Positions 20,010 through 28,350 of a stretch of DNA of 64,000 nt are shown piece after piece; positions within the stretch are counted from its first letter, which is position 1, and every line of letters starts with the position of its first letter. The stretch covers positions 416,365 to 480,364 of the forward strand of contig JADJLR010000002.1 in NCBI GenBank assembly GCA_016710015.1. Reading direction: 5' to 3'. The translations under genes were made by a program, and so were the position numbers. The notes under the pieces are model-generated. The model ran no database searches, had not been told where the DNA came from, and saw nothing but the letters and a program-made list of their open reading frames with translations. This stretch comes from Flavobacteriales bacterium (GTDB lineage Bacteria > Bacteroidota > Bacteroidia > Flavobacteriales_F > PHOS-HE28).

Positions 20010-20540
20010 ATGAAAGACAAGATCCAGATCGCATTGCTCAGTGTCATCGCCATTGCCTTGGTGGTTCTCGCCGTAGGTCAATTCACTGGGGATAAGCAAG
20101 AGGGCAGCATCGTGGCAGCGAACTCCGTGAATTCCGTTGCGGCCAGTGTAGATCCCAACAAGCCGATCGACCCGACCTTCGACCCGCTCTCTACCGCCAC
20201 CCCTCCGGTGGACAACACGCCGAAGACCACGGTGAACTTCGCCAATTACGAGCACGACTTCGGCAACATCAAGCAGGACAGCGAGAACAAGTACGTGTTC
20301 AGCTTTACGAACACAGGCACCGAGCCCTTGATCATCGAGACCGCGAATGGTTCGTGCGGATGCACCGTGCCGAACTACCCGAAAGCACCGATCGCACCAG
20401 GTGCGACCGGCGATATCGAAGTGGTTTACAAGCCAGGCAAGCAGGAGAACGCACAGACCAAGACCGTGACGGTGATCGCCAATACCGAACCCAAGGAGAC
20501 CACCTTGCGGATCAAGGCGAACGTGGCGAAAGTGGGCTAA
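20010..20540 (+). CDS. DUF1573 domain protein (N-terminal membrane anchor)
   Basis: MKDKIQIALLSVIAIALVVLAV anchor. DUF1573 signature FANYEHDFGNIKQDSENKYVFSFTNTGTEPLIIETANGSCGCTVPNYPKAPIAPGATGDIEVVY. Confidence 0.75.
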   Translation: MKDKIQIALLSVIAIALVVLAVGQFTGDKQEGSIVAANSVNSVAASVDPNKPIDPTFDPLSTATPPVDNTPKTTVNFANYEHDFGNIKQDSENKYVFSFTNTGTEPLIIETANGSCGCTVPNYPKAPIAPGATGDIEVVYKPGKQENAQTKTVTVIANTEPKETTLRIKANVAKVG

Positions 20541-20556
20541 GCCAAACGAATCCATT

Positions 20557-20594
20557 AACGCAGAACGCCGCTCCAACGAGCGGCGTTCTGCGTT
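20557..20594. terminator. 17-bp perfect inverted repeat (bidirectional terminator-like hairpin) between convergent genes
   Basis: AACGCAGAACGCCGCTC caac GAGCGGCGTTCTGCGTT. It lies between the DUF1573 stop (20540) and the PCD stop (20609). There is no flanking T-tract, so it may act as an intrinsic terminator or an RNA stability element. Confidence 0.45.
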
Positions 20595-20608
20595 CCACAG
20601 TAGATCCT

Positions 20609-20848
20609 TCAGCCGACCAAGGCATCGATCGCAGCAGCCAACTTCCGATCCTTTTCGGTGATCATCCCGCCTGCATCGTGGGTACTCAACGCGATCTCCA
20701 CCCGGTTGTACACGTTGGTCTATTTCGGGTGGTGATCCTGCTTTTCCGCCACCAGCGCAACGCGTACCATGAATGCAAAGGCCGCGCTGAAGTCCTTGAA
20801 GTCGAAGCTTCGGCGAAGTTCATTGTCCTGTTCGGTCCAGTGGCTCAT
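20609..20848 (-). pseudogene. phhB: pterin-4-alpha-carbinolamine dehydratase (PCD/DCoH) with in-frame amber stop at the conserved Trp codon
   Basis: Minus-strand translation: [78 protein letters not shown]. Canonical PCD reads ...[32 protein letters not shown]. The TAG (20720-20722, plus strand 'cta') sits where TGG (W) is expected. The start ATG overlaps the stop of the upstream S46 peptidase (ATGA). Confidence 0.75.
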
Positions 20849-23061
20849 CGGTGTATGGGTAGTTCGATCAGGTGGGGCGCGTCGGTATGCTTGACCAATT
20901 GCATTTCGGCGATGAGGTGCTTGGCACCGGCGAATTTGTCGATGATGAAGAGCACGTACCGCGCATCTACACAGATGTTGCGGCACTTCTCCGGATCGAA
21001 CTGGATGTCGCTCATGGTGCTTTCCCATGTGCGATCGAAGTTCAATCCGATGAGCTCGCCACGCCCATTCAGCACAGGACTGCCGCTGTTGCCTCCTGTC
21101 GTATGCAGCGAGGAGGTGAAACAGACCGGCACCGTCCCGTTCACCGCATAGTCGCCGTAGTCCTTGGCGGCATGCAACTCCAATAAGCGCGCAGGCAAGT
21201 CGAATTCCACATCGCTTGGAATATACTTCTGAACCACCCCGTCCAACGTGCTGAAGGGTTCGTAGACCACTGCGTCTCGCGGTTCGCTGCCCTCCACTCT
21301 ACCGTACGACAAGCGAAGTGTGCTGTTCGCATCGGGCCACCACGTGCGGTCCGGGTCCATATCCATCCGACCTTTCACATAAGCGCGCATGGTCGCCTCG
21401 ATCCGGTCTCCCAAGCGTGCATGCTCGGGCCGAACCTGTTGCAGGAAGGAATCATAGAGACTACGGGAGGCCAAGAAGGCCGGATCCTTCTGCATCACTC
21501 TCGTGAACTTCTTGGGCGACGCGTTCAAGACGGTCTCCAATTTCTTCTGGTCAACCAACACACTACGTGCGTACAGGTCATCGACCCAGGCATTGGCGTC
21601 GCCCTTGAACTTGGTATCGATCCCTGTGAATATGGCAGGTTGTAAAGAGGCCGGAACACCAGCGCGATAGATCGGTAACAGGGCTTTGAACACCCCCTTG
21701 TCCACCTCTACATCGTAGTCCTTGAAATAGCCGATGAGCGCATCCCTCCGTGCCTTCACAACATCCTGTCGTTTGCCCTCTCGAAGCAACCGATCACCCT
21801 CCTCGATCAATTCGCGGTACCCATCCGCGAAGCGTAGGATCTCGGGTCCGTAGTACACCATTTCGACGAAAAGGTCACGTGCAGTGGCGTAGCGTACATA
21901 GCTCTTGTGGTCTCCCTCGAGCGCCGTCATATGGTCCACGAGATCCGTGCGGTTCCGTTTGTGCGCTTCATCCACGAATGCCGCCTCTTCCATTCTCTTC
22001 TTCTCCCACGTATGCAGTTCCCGCAAGCCGCGCAGTTCACCGATCCATTTCTTATATGCATTACTGATGCTCGATTGTTTGTCGGCGTATTGGATCCGTA
22101 TGCGATCACTGGAACGCATGGCCGCATCGATCACCGAAAGGCTCGCTTCCCGCATCTTTATCCGCAAGGGATCGGAAACGTTCATCACGTAGTCCACCGC
22201 ATAGGAACTGATGTAGCGCTGAGTGCTTCCTGGGAACCCGTATATCATCGCGAAATCGCCCTCTTGTACACCGCTCATGCTGATAGGCAGCACGTGGCGA
22301 GGTGCGAATGGCACGTTGGCATCACTGGGTTCCGCTGGCAAATTATCCGGCCCAGCATAGATCCGGAAAAGACTGAAATCCGCATTGTGTCGCGGCCACA
22401 TCCAGTTGTCCGTATCACCACCGAACTTGCCGATGGAACTTGGTGGTGCACCCACCAACCGCACGTCCCGGAATGTTTCCGTGATGATCAAGAAGTATGA
22501 ATTGCCATAGTTGAAAGGCCGAACGACAGCTTGGTAGTGCGTACCGACCACGGCTTCGTTGGTGATGCCCAAAGCGATCTCCGCCACGTGCAGCCGCCGT
22601 TGCGCCTCGGTGCTCACTTCGCGGTCCACGAGTCCGGCAAGGATCTGAGCGGTGACATCCTCCATACGAATGACGAAGGTGGCGGTGAGGCCCGCATTCT
22701 TCAATTCAGACTTTCCATCGGCAGCCCAGAAGCCGTTCTTCAGGTGATCGTGTTCCAAGCTGCTCTGCTCCTGGATAGCACTGAAGCCACAGTGGTGGTT
22801 GGTGAGGATGAGACCTTGCCCGCTGATCACCTCCGCCGTACAACCACTACCGAAGAGCACAATGGCATCCTTGATACTGCTGTGGTTGATGCTGTACAGG
22901 TCCTCGGCGGAGATCTGCAAGCCTGCGCTTTGCAGGTCGCTTTTGATGCTCTTGAGCAAGGTGGGTACCCACATGCCTTCGTGGGCGAATGCGCCAACAC
23001 TGAACAGTGCGGCGGTAAAGGAGAAAACACGTAGTGACCGATGAATGTTGTTTGAACGCAT
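20845..23061 (-). CDS. S46 family serine peptidase (dipeptidyl-peptidase 7/11-like)
   Basis: Signal peptide, then [18 protein letters not shown] (catalytic His region). [21 protein letters not shown] (catalytic Ser). About 738 aa. Confidence 0.9.
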   Translation of the reverse strand: MRSNNIHRSLRVFSFTAALFSVGAFAHEGMWVPTLLKSIKSDLQSAGLQISAEDLYSINHSSIKDAIVLFGSGCTAEVISGQGLILTNHHCGFSAIQEQSSLEHDHLKNGFWAADGKSELKNAGLTATFVIRMEDVTAQILAGLVDREVSTEAQRRLHVAEIALGITNEAVVGTHYQAVVRPFNYGNSYFLIITETFRDVRLVGAPPSSIGKFGGDTDNWMWPRHNADFSLFRIYAGPDNLPAEPSDANVPFAPRHVLPISMSGVQEGDFAMIYGFPGSTQRYISSYAVDYVMNVSDPLRIKMREASLSVIDAAMRSSDRIRIQYADKQSSISNAYKKWIGELRGLRELHTWEKKRMEEAAFVDEAHKRNRTDLVDHMTALEGDHKSYVRYATARDLFVEMVYYGPEILRFADGYRELIEEGDRLLREGKRQDVVKARRDALIGYFKDYDVEVDKGVFKALLPIYRAGVPASLQPAIFTGIDTKFKGDANAWVDDLYARSVLVDQKKLETVLNASPKKFTRVMQKDPAFLASRSLYDSFLQQVRPEHARLGDRIEATMRAYVKGRMDMDPDRTWWPDANSTLRLSYGRVEGSEPRDAVVYEPFSTLDGVVQKYIPSDVEFDLPARLLELHAAKDYGDYAVNGTVPVCFTSSLHTTGGNSGSPVLNGRGELIGLNFDRTWESTMSDIQFDPEKCRNICVDARYVLFIIDKFAGAKHLIAEMQLVKHTDAPHLIELPIHR

Positions 23062-23316
23062 TCCACAAAGGTCGGTTCTTCAGGCATTCAACCCTAGACG
23101 AGCATGCTCACGGGGTTTCCGCAGCTTAAGGACCCGCGAACCAATACTACGAGTAGTGAAGGTGCCTGCTAGACAAGTATCCGGAACCGTGCAGCTCTAA
23201 GCAAATCCCTGCATCGCTCGTTGGGAATGTGCATCATCTGTGATCGGGATCCGATCATTCTTTTACGAATATCAATACTGGTCCATACTTTCATCCTGCA
23301 TTGCAATTGAACCCGG

Positions 23317-25776
23317 ATGAAGTACAAGCACTTAGTGATAGGAATTCTGACATGGTGCTGCCTATACCCGATGCTTGGCCTCGGTCAGGATCTCACATTG
23401 CAAAGTGGTTGGCCAGGGGCCAACGGGCATATCCGAGCCATGGTCCTTGATCCTGCAACCGACGTGCTCTATGTTGGAGGGACCTTCACTGAAGTGGACG
23501 GCTCGCCAAGGACTAGACTGGCCGCCTTTGATGCCGTGACCGGTAACCTTCTCCCGTGGTCGCCGTCGGCAAATGACGGTGTCTTTGCCATGGCCATTCA
23601 TGATGGCACGTTGTACATCGGGGGTGATTTCACTGAACTTGCTGGCGAAGTCCGAGGCCGTTTGGGTGCTTTCGACCTTGCCACTGGCGATCTGACGACC
23701 TGGGCACCCAGCGTGAACGCTACTGTATTCAGCATCCTCGCTGGCAGCATTGCCATCCACGTGGCCGGTGACCTGACCGTCGCCAATGGTGTTACCCGAA
23801 ACCGCGTTGGCGCTTTCCACCCCACAACAGGAGCGCTACTTCCTTGGAACCCGAATGTGACCGGGTTCGTTCGTACACTGCTCCGTGATAACAGTTCGAT
23901 CTTGATCGGAGGCACCTTCACCCTTGTGGGAGGCCAAGCCCGGACCATGCTGGCCGAGGTGGATGACGCCATTGGTACGTTGTCACCATGGGATCCTGCG
24001 CCCAACGGTACCGTGCTTTCCTTGATCATGCATGGCGGAACGGTGTATTGCGGAGGTAGCTTCACGTCCATTGGTGGCATACCACGCACCTCACTTGCAG
24101 CCATCGACCGCGCCACTGGAATACCGACTTCTTGGGCACCCTCGGTCAATGGAGCGGTGAATCAATTATGTATCTGGAACGATAACCTGATCATTGGCGG
24201 CTTCATGTCCCAAGTACAGGGTCTGGCGAACCAGCATTTGGCTTCGTATTCGATCGCTACGGGAGTGCTCAATACACCGCCGCCTGCTCCATCCTCTACG
24301 GTCTATGCTATGGTGGTTCACGGTGACGAACTATACACTGGTGGCGTTTTCACCCTGATCAACCCGAACATCCCGCGCTTACGCTTCGCGGCATGGAGCC
24401 TTTGTCAACCCACCACGTGGTATGCCGACGGGGATGGTGATGGACTTGGGGACCCTAGCGTTCAAGAGGTTGCGTGCACTGCGCCCACCGGCTTCGTGGG
24501 CAACAACGACGATTGCAACGATAGTGATCCGGAGCTCCTAGGGCCCACGCTGTGGTTCGCGGATAGTGATAACGACGGCGCCGGAGATGCGAACATGACC
24601 ACATTAGCGTGCGTCGCGCCGCCCGGATATGTGCACAATAGCGATGACTGCGACGACGGCGACCCCGAACTGATCAGCCTTACGATCTGGTATTTGGATG
24701 GTGATGGCGATGGCTACGGGAACATCTTCGCCCCGACCCAACTGGCTTGCGGCGCACCCGCAGGCTATGTGGACAACCCCGATGATTGTAACGATTCGAA
24801 CCCGAACATCCACACCATCCGGAATTGGTTCGCGGATACCGACGAGGACGGTTTCGGAGACCCCTTGATCCCACTTAGCGCCTGCAACCAGCCTCCTGGC
24901 TTTGTGGCCGATTCCACCGACTGTGACGACGACGACCAGCTTTGGTTCATCGGGGCAGCATGCGATGATGGCGACCCAGCTACGGAAGGCGATGTGGTCG
25001 AAGCGGATTGTGTCTGTCGGGGATCGGGGGTCCAAGTGGAGGTGCGTGTCTGGTTGGAAGGGGCGTACACCCCCGGAAGCCTGATGTCCGCTTCCCTTTT
25101 CCAGAACGGTCTGATCCCTTTGACGGAACCCTATACGGCATTGGGCTACACCCATATCGGTGGTGGCGGCGAAACCACCACAATGCAAATGCTCGACCCC
25201 TTCCCTGGCACGGATGAACACACCGCCGTGGATTGGGTAGTGCTGGAATTGAGGGATCAGAATCAACCATCATTGATCGTGGCAACCCAATCATGCATCC
25301 TTCGACGGAACGGACTGATCACCCGGACGGACGGCTTGGACCTACCAGTATTCATGGTGGCCGCTGATGTATACTTCGTTGCCGTGCGGCACAGAAACCA
25401 CCTGGGGTTTCATAGTCTATTCCCTGTGAACCTCGGAGTACCGATCCCCCCAGTCGTGGATTTCGCATCCGGCCAAACCGCGACAGCCGGCACCAATGCC
25501 CTCAAGCCCATGGGGCAGCGCATGGTAATGTGGTCCGGTGATGCGCAATTCGATCGGAATCTGAAGTACACCGGATCGGCGAACGACCGAGATCTGATCC
25601 TACAACGCATCGGTGGCATAGTACCAACGAATACGGTGAGCGGATACTATCCAGAGGATCTGAATTTGGATGGTCAGGTCCGATACACCGGCACGAACAA
25701 CGACCGGGATCTGATCCTACAGAACATCGGAGGAGTGGTACCTACCACCATCCGCTACGACCAACTCCCGAACTAG
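23317..25776 (+). CDS. secreted multi-repeat protein: ~9 beta-propeller-like ~47-aa repeats, MopE-like putative metal-binding repeats, C-terminal dockerin-like duplicated Ca-binding motif
   Basis: Signal peptide MKYKHLVIGILTWCCLYPMLGLGQ. Repeats L(L/T)PWxPxxNGxVxxxxxxGxxLYxGGxFTxxxGxxRxxLAAxD. Four or five W(Y/F)ADxDxDGxGD...C blocks (WYADGDGDGLGD, WFADSDNDGAGD, WYLDGDGDGYGN, WFADTDEDGFGD). The tail carries two copies of NDRDLILQ(R/N)IGG(I/V)VPT, each preceded by a D-x-D/N-x-D-G-like segment. Confidence 0.65.
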   Translation: MKYKHLVIGILTWCCLYPMLGLGQDLTLQSGWPGANGHIRAMVLDPATDVLYVGGTFTEVDGSPRTRLAAFDAVTGNLLPWSPSANDGVFAMAIHDGTLYIGGDFTELAGEVRGRLGAFDLATGDLTTWAPSVNATVFSILAGSIAIHVAGDLTVANGVTRNRVGAFHPTTGALLPWNPNVTGFVRTLLRDNSSILIGGTFTLVGGQARTMLAEVDDAIGTLSPWDPAPNGTVLSLIMHGGTVYCGGSFTSIGGIPRTSLAAIDRATGIPTSWAPSVNGAVNQLCIWNDNLIIGGFMSQVQGLANQHLASYSIATGVLNTPPPAPSSTVYAMVVHGDELYTGGVFTLINPNIPRLRFAAWSLCQPTTWYADGDGDGLGDPSVQEVACTAPTGFVGNNDDCNDSDPELLGPTLWFADSDNDGAGDANMTTLACVAPPGYVHNSDDCDDGDPELISLTIWYLDGDGDGYGNIFAPTQLACGAPAGYVDNPDDCNDSNPNIHTIRNWFADTDEDGFGDPLIPLSACNQPPGFVADSTDCDDDDQLWFIGAACDDGDPATEGDVVEADCVCRGSGVQVEVRVWLEGAYTPGSLMSASLFQNGLIPLTEPYTALGYTHIGGGGETTTMQMLDPFPGTDEHTAVDWVVLELRDQNQPSLIVATQSCILRRNGLITRTDGLDLPVFMVAADVYFVAVRHRNHLGFHSLFPVNLGVPIPPVVDFASGQTATAGTNALKPMGQRMVMWSGDAQFDRNLKYTGSANDRDLILQRIGGIVPTNTVSGYYPEDLNLDGQVRYTGTNNDRDLILQNIGGVVPTTIRYDQLPN

Positions 25777-25830
25777 GAGGCGCGAATATCTCGTACGGAA
25801 CCTTCAACCCCATGGCCCCGTTGAAAGGCC

Positions 25831-27408
25831 ATGGACCCACGCACCTTGGTCATGCTTTTGGCACTGGCCGGAAGCCAGCTGCATGCGCAGGACTTTGTTC
25901 TGGACCCTTCATTCGGAACAAATGGCGTGGCCTATCAGCCTGGTCCGGAGCCATACAGCGGCGCATCTCCGCTTGTTATGGAGACCCTTCCCGATGGTGG
26001 ATTCCTCAGCCTGCATAGTGCAGGTGTGGACGCTATAAAGGTCATGCGCTGCACGCCGAACGGCAAACCGGATAGCAGCTTCGCGATCAATGGGCACTTC
26101 ATCCTCGCTCCGCCTTCCATCGGACTAATCCCTTCAGGTATGGTGGTGCGGCCGGATGGGAAGATCATCATTACCGCGACCGGCCTTTTTCAAGGCACGA
26201 ACGATCCGAAAATCTTCATCTGTCAACTCCTGCCGAACGGAGTGCCGGATCCTTCCTTTGGAGTGGACGGCGTTCTCTACTACAATATGCCCGTGTACCA
26301 GATCCTTCGGGACGCAGTGCTTCAGACGGACGGGAAGATCTTGGTGGCCGGCGGTTCGTCCGGCTCCATGTTCGTAAGCCGTTTCCTACCCAATGGGGAT
26401 CTGGACCTATCCTTCGCCACGAACGGTATCGGACTATACAACCCACCCGGCGTAACGGCTTCGGCCAAAACGATCGCCTTGGGTCCTGATGGTAGCATCT
26501 ACGTTGGCGGTTTCAAATCCATTGGTGCTGATGCCTCGGCATGGGTCGTGGCAAAGGCCGCCCCGAACGGTGTCCTCGATCCGTCATTCGGCGATGGCGG
26601 TATCTTCTTCTTGGACCACGTGCCCGACCAATCCACCATGTCCAACAAACCGGAGTGCATCATGGACCTGATGGTACTGGATGACGGTTCGCTGATCGCG
26701 GGTGGCTATGTGGCACTTTCCGACACTTGGGAACGCTTGGCCATAATGAAATTGGATGCTTTCGGCCAAGCCGTGCACGAATTCGGTGATAACGGACGGA
26801 TCTATGCCGGCACACTTCCAGAGGGCCGGTACTTAGGCAAAGAGTTGGTGTATGACCCTACCGGGTTATTCATCTTGGTCGGATCGATGCTTACCTTGGA
26901 CAATAGGAAGGAGGTTGTGATCCTGGCCTTCGATGGGATGGGCACTGTGCTGGATCAGAATGGCAGCAACGCGCCATTTCAGTTTCAGCCTGAGGTCCAG
27001 ATGCAGTTGACCACTTGCGGCACCTTCGACCTTCAAGGCCGATTGATCGTGGCCGTGAGCCATTGGAACCAACCCGAAGGCAGATCATCCTTCATCGCAT
27101 TCAACTTCGATATCAATGTCGGCTCGAATGAATTCCCGGAAAACTCCATCGGCCTTTCCGCTTGGCCCAATCCCACCTCGGGTCAATTGAGTATTTCCTA
27201 TGACCTGCAGGCTGCTTCCAAGGTATCCGTAGATTTATTGGATGTATCCGGACGAACGGTGGAGCGGTCACTCACGAACGCGCACAGGAGCTCAGGTGCG
27301 CAATTGGAACACCTGTCCCTCGACCCCTCCCTATCCAGTGGCACGTACCACCTCAGGGTACGGACCGGAGCTGGCTCCTGGACACGAACAGTTGTTATCG
27401 ATCGGTAG
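25831..27408 (+). CDS. delta-60 repeat beta-propeller protein with T9SS type A C-terminal sorting domain
   Basis: Signal peptide MDPRTLVMLLALAGSQLHAQ. Repeated DPSFG(x)NG / DSSFAINGH / DLSFATNG motifs (TIGR02608-like). C-terminus reads WPNPTSGQLSISYDL...VDLLDVSGRTV...SGTYHLRVRTGAGSWTRTVVI (Por_Secre_tail). Confidence 0.8.
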   Translation: MDPRTLVMLLALAGSQLHAQDFVLDPSFGTNGVAYQPGPEPYSGASPLVMETLPDGGFLSLHSAGVDAIKVMRCTPNGKPDSSFAINGHFILAPPSIGLIPSGMVVRPDGKIIITATGLFQGTNDPKIFICQLLPNGVPDPSFGVDGVLYYNMPVYQILRDAVLQTDGKILVAGGSSGSMFVSRFLPNGDLDLSFATNGIGLYNPPGVTASAKTIALGPDGSIYVGGFKSIGADASAWVVAKAAPNGVLDPSFGDGGIFFLDHVPDQSTMSNKPECIMDLMVLDDGSLIAGGYVALSDTWERLAIMKLDAFGQAVHEFGDNGRIYAGTLPEGRYLGKELVYDPTGLFILVGSMLTLDNRKEVVILAFDGMGTVLDQNGSNAPFQFQPEVQMQLTTCGTFDLQGRLIVAVSHWNQPEGRSSFIAFNFDINVGSNEFPENSIGLSAWPNPTSGQLSISYDLQAASKVSVDLLDVSGRTVERSLTNAHRSSGAQLEHLSLDPSLSSGTYHLRVRTGAGSWTRTVVIDR

Positions 27409-27670
27409 TATCAGTGCCATCGGTTGGTAACTGCTCACGCGCAGGTCCCGGTTCCAGCGGCGCATCGACCACTTCCGAGAGGAACCAAGCCAAGAGCACG
27501 ATCAGCAAGAGTGCCAAGAAGGCCTTGGGATCCCGGTATATCGGCAATTTGGGCCGTTGGACAGCGCGATGGTAGTTGTGCAATAGGCGCTTCGGATCCT
27601 TCAAGCGTTCGATCTCCTTCGCTGTGGGCTCCGGCCTTCCTTCCGGGGTTATGTGGTAACGTCGTTTCAT
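27395..27670 (-). CDS. small single-pass membrane protein, putative anti-sigma factor partner of the upstream ECF sigma
   Basis: ATGA overlap with the sigma-factor stop. 91 aa with one TM helix (AFLALLLIVLLAWFL), a basic N-terminus and a short acidic C-tail. Its 3' end overlaps the convergent gene (25831..27408) by 14 nt. Confidence 0.45.
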   Translation of the reverse strand: MKRRYHITPEGRPEPTAKEIERLKDPKRLLHNYHRAVQRPKLPIYRDPKAFLALLLIVLLAWFLSEVVDAPLEPGPAREQLPTDGTDTTDR

Positions 27671-28203
27671 GCCCGTTGTGAAAGGTAGGTGCGTAGCGTG
27701 GCAAGGACCCGATGTGTCCGCATCTTGGCCGCATCCTCAGCGATCCCTAGGACCTGGCCGATCTCTTGGAAACTAAGTCCATCCATGTACCGGAGTTCGA
27801 CCAGGTGTGCCTTGGCCTCATCCAATCGACCCATCGCCTGTGCCAATCGTGCCAGCTCTTCCTCGACCGGCGGCATTCCAATTTCCTCCGTCAACCCCAA
27901 GACTTCCGCGAAGCTCATTTCCACCAAGATCTCTTTCCGTTTCCTCCAATACATGCGCACTTCGTTCAGCGCGATCCGATACAACCAAGCCCTGAACGGT
28001 AGGCCGCGATCCGTATAGCGAGGCAGCGCCAGCATGGCCTTCAGGAAAGCATCCTGTGTGATATCAGCGCTCCGCTGACGGTCCCTGATGCGTCGCTCCA
28101 CGAAGCGATAGATGTCCCCGAAGTACCGCTCGTACAACGGCGTAAAACGCTGTGGATCGGCCTTGGCGGCTCGTATGGCCGCAGCCTCGCTTTCGGGATC
28201 CAT
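27667..28203 (-). CDS. RNA polymerase ECF-type sigma-70 factor
   Basis: Region 2 motif FTPLYERYFGDIYRFVERRIRDRQRSADITQDAFLKA. Region 4 motif LVELRYMDGLSFQEIGQVLGIAEDAAKMRTHRVLATLR. Confidence 0.9.
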   Translation of the reverse strand: MDPESEAAAIRAAKADPQRFTPLYERYFGDIYRFVERRIRDRQRSADITQDAFLKAMLALPRYTDRGLPFRAWLYRIALNEVRMYWRKRKEILVEMSFAEVLGLTEEIGMPPVEEELARLAQAMGRLDEAKAHLVELRYMDGLSFQEIGQVLGIAEDAAKMRTHRVLATLRTYLSQRA

Positions 28204-28350
28204 TCGGTGGGTTCGGTAATGGAATGCACTCCGGTGGAAAAGGTAACACGCTATTCGGCGATGCCATGTAGGAGTTCGTCGAAACCTTAAAGCGTTTTAC
28301 CCGTTCCAAGGGCTAACTCAAAATCGGCCAAGACGGTCCATACGAGATAA

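Noticed and set aside
20720-20722. TAG codon inside PCD as stop-codon reassignment or programmed read-through
   Set aside because: TAG terminates several well-defined genes in the window (uvrA 5082-5084, mscS 51103-51105, the 47109 gene at 49341-49343). A nonsense mutation or base-call error is far more likely.
23062-23316. Bacteroidota-type promoter (-33 TTG / -7 TAnnTTTG) calls in the divergent S46-peptidase / 23317 intergenic region
   Set aside because: Only weak partial matches (e.g. 'atactttc') were seen. They are not convincing enough to annotate without a motif scan.
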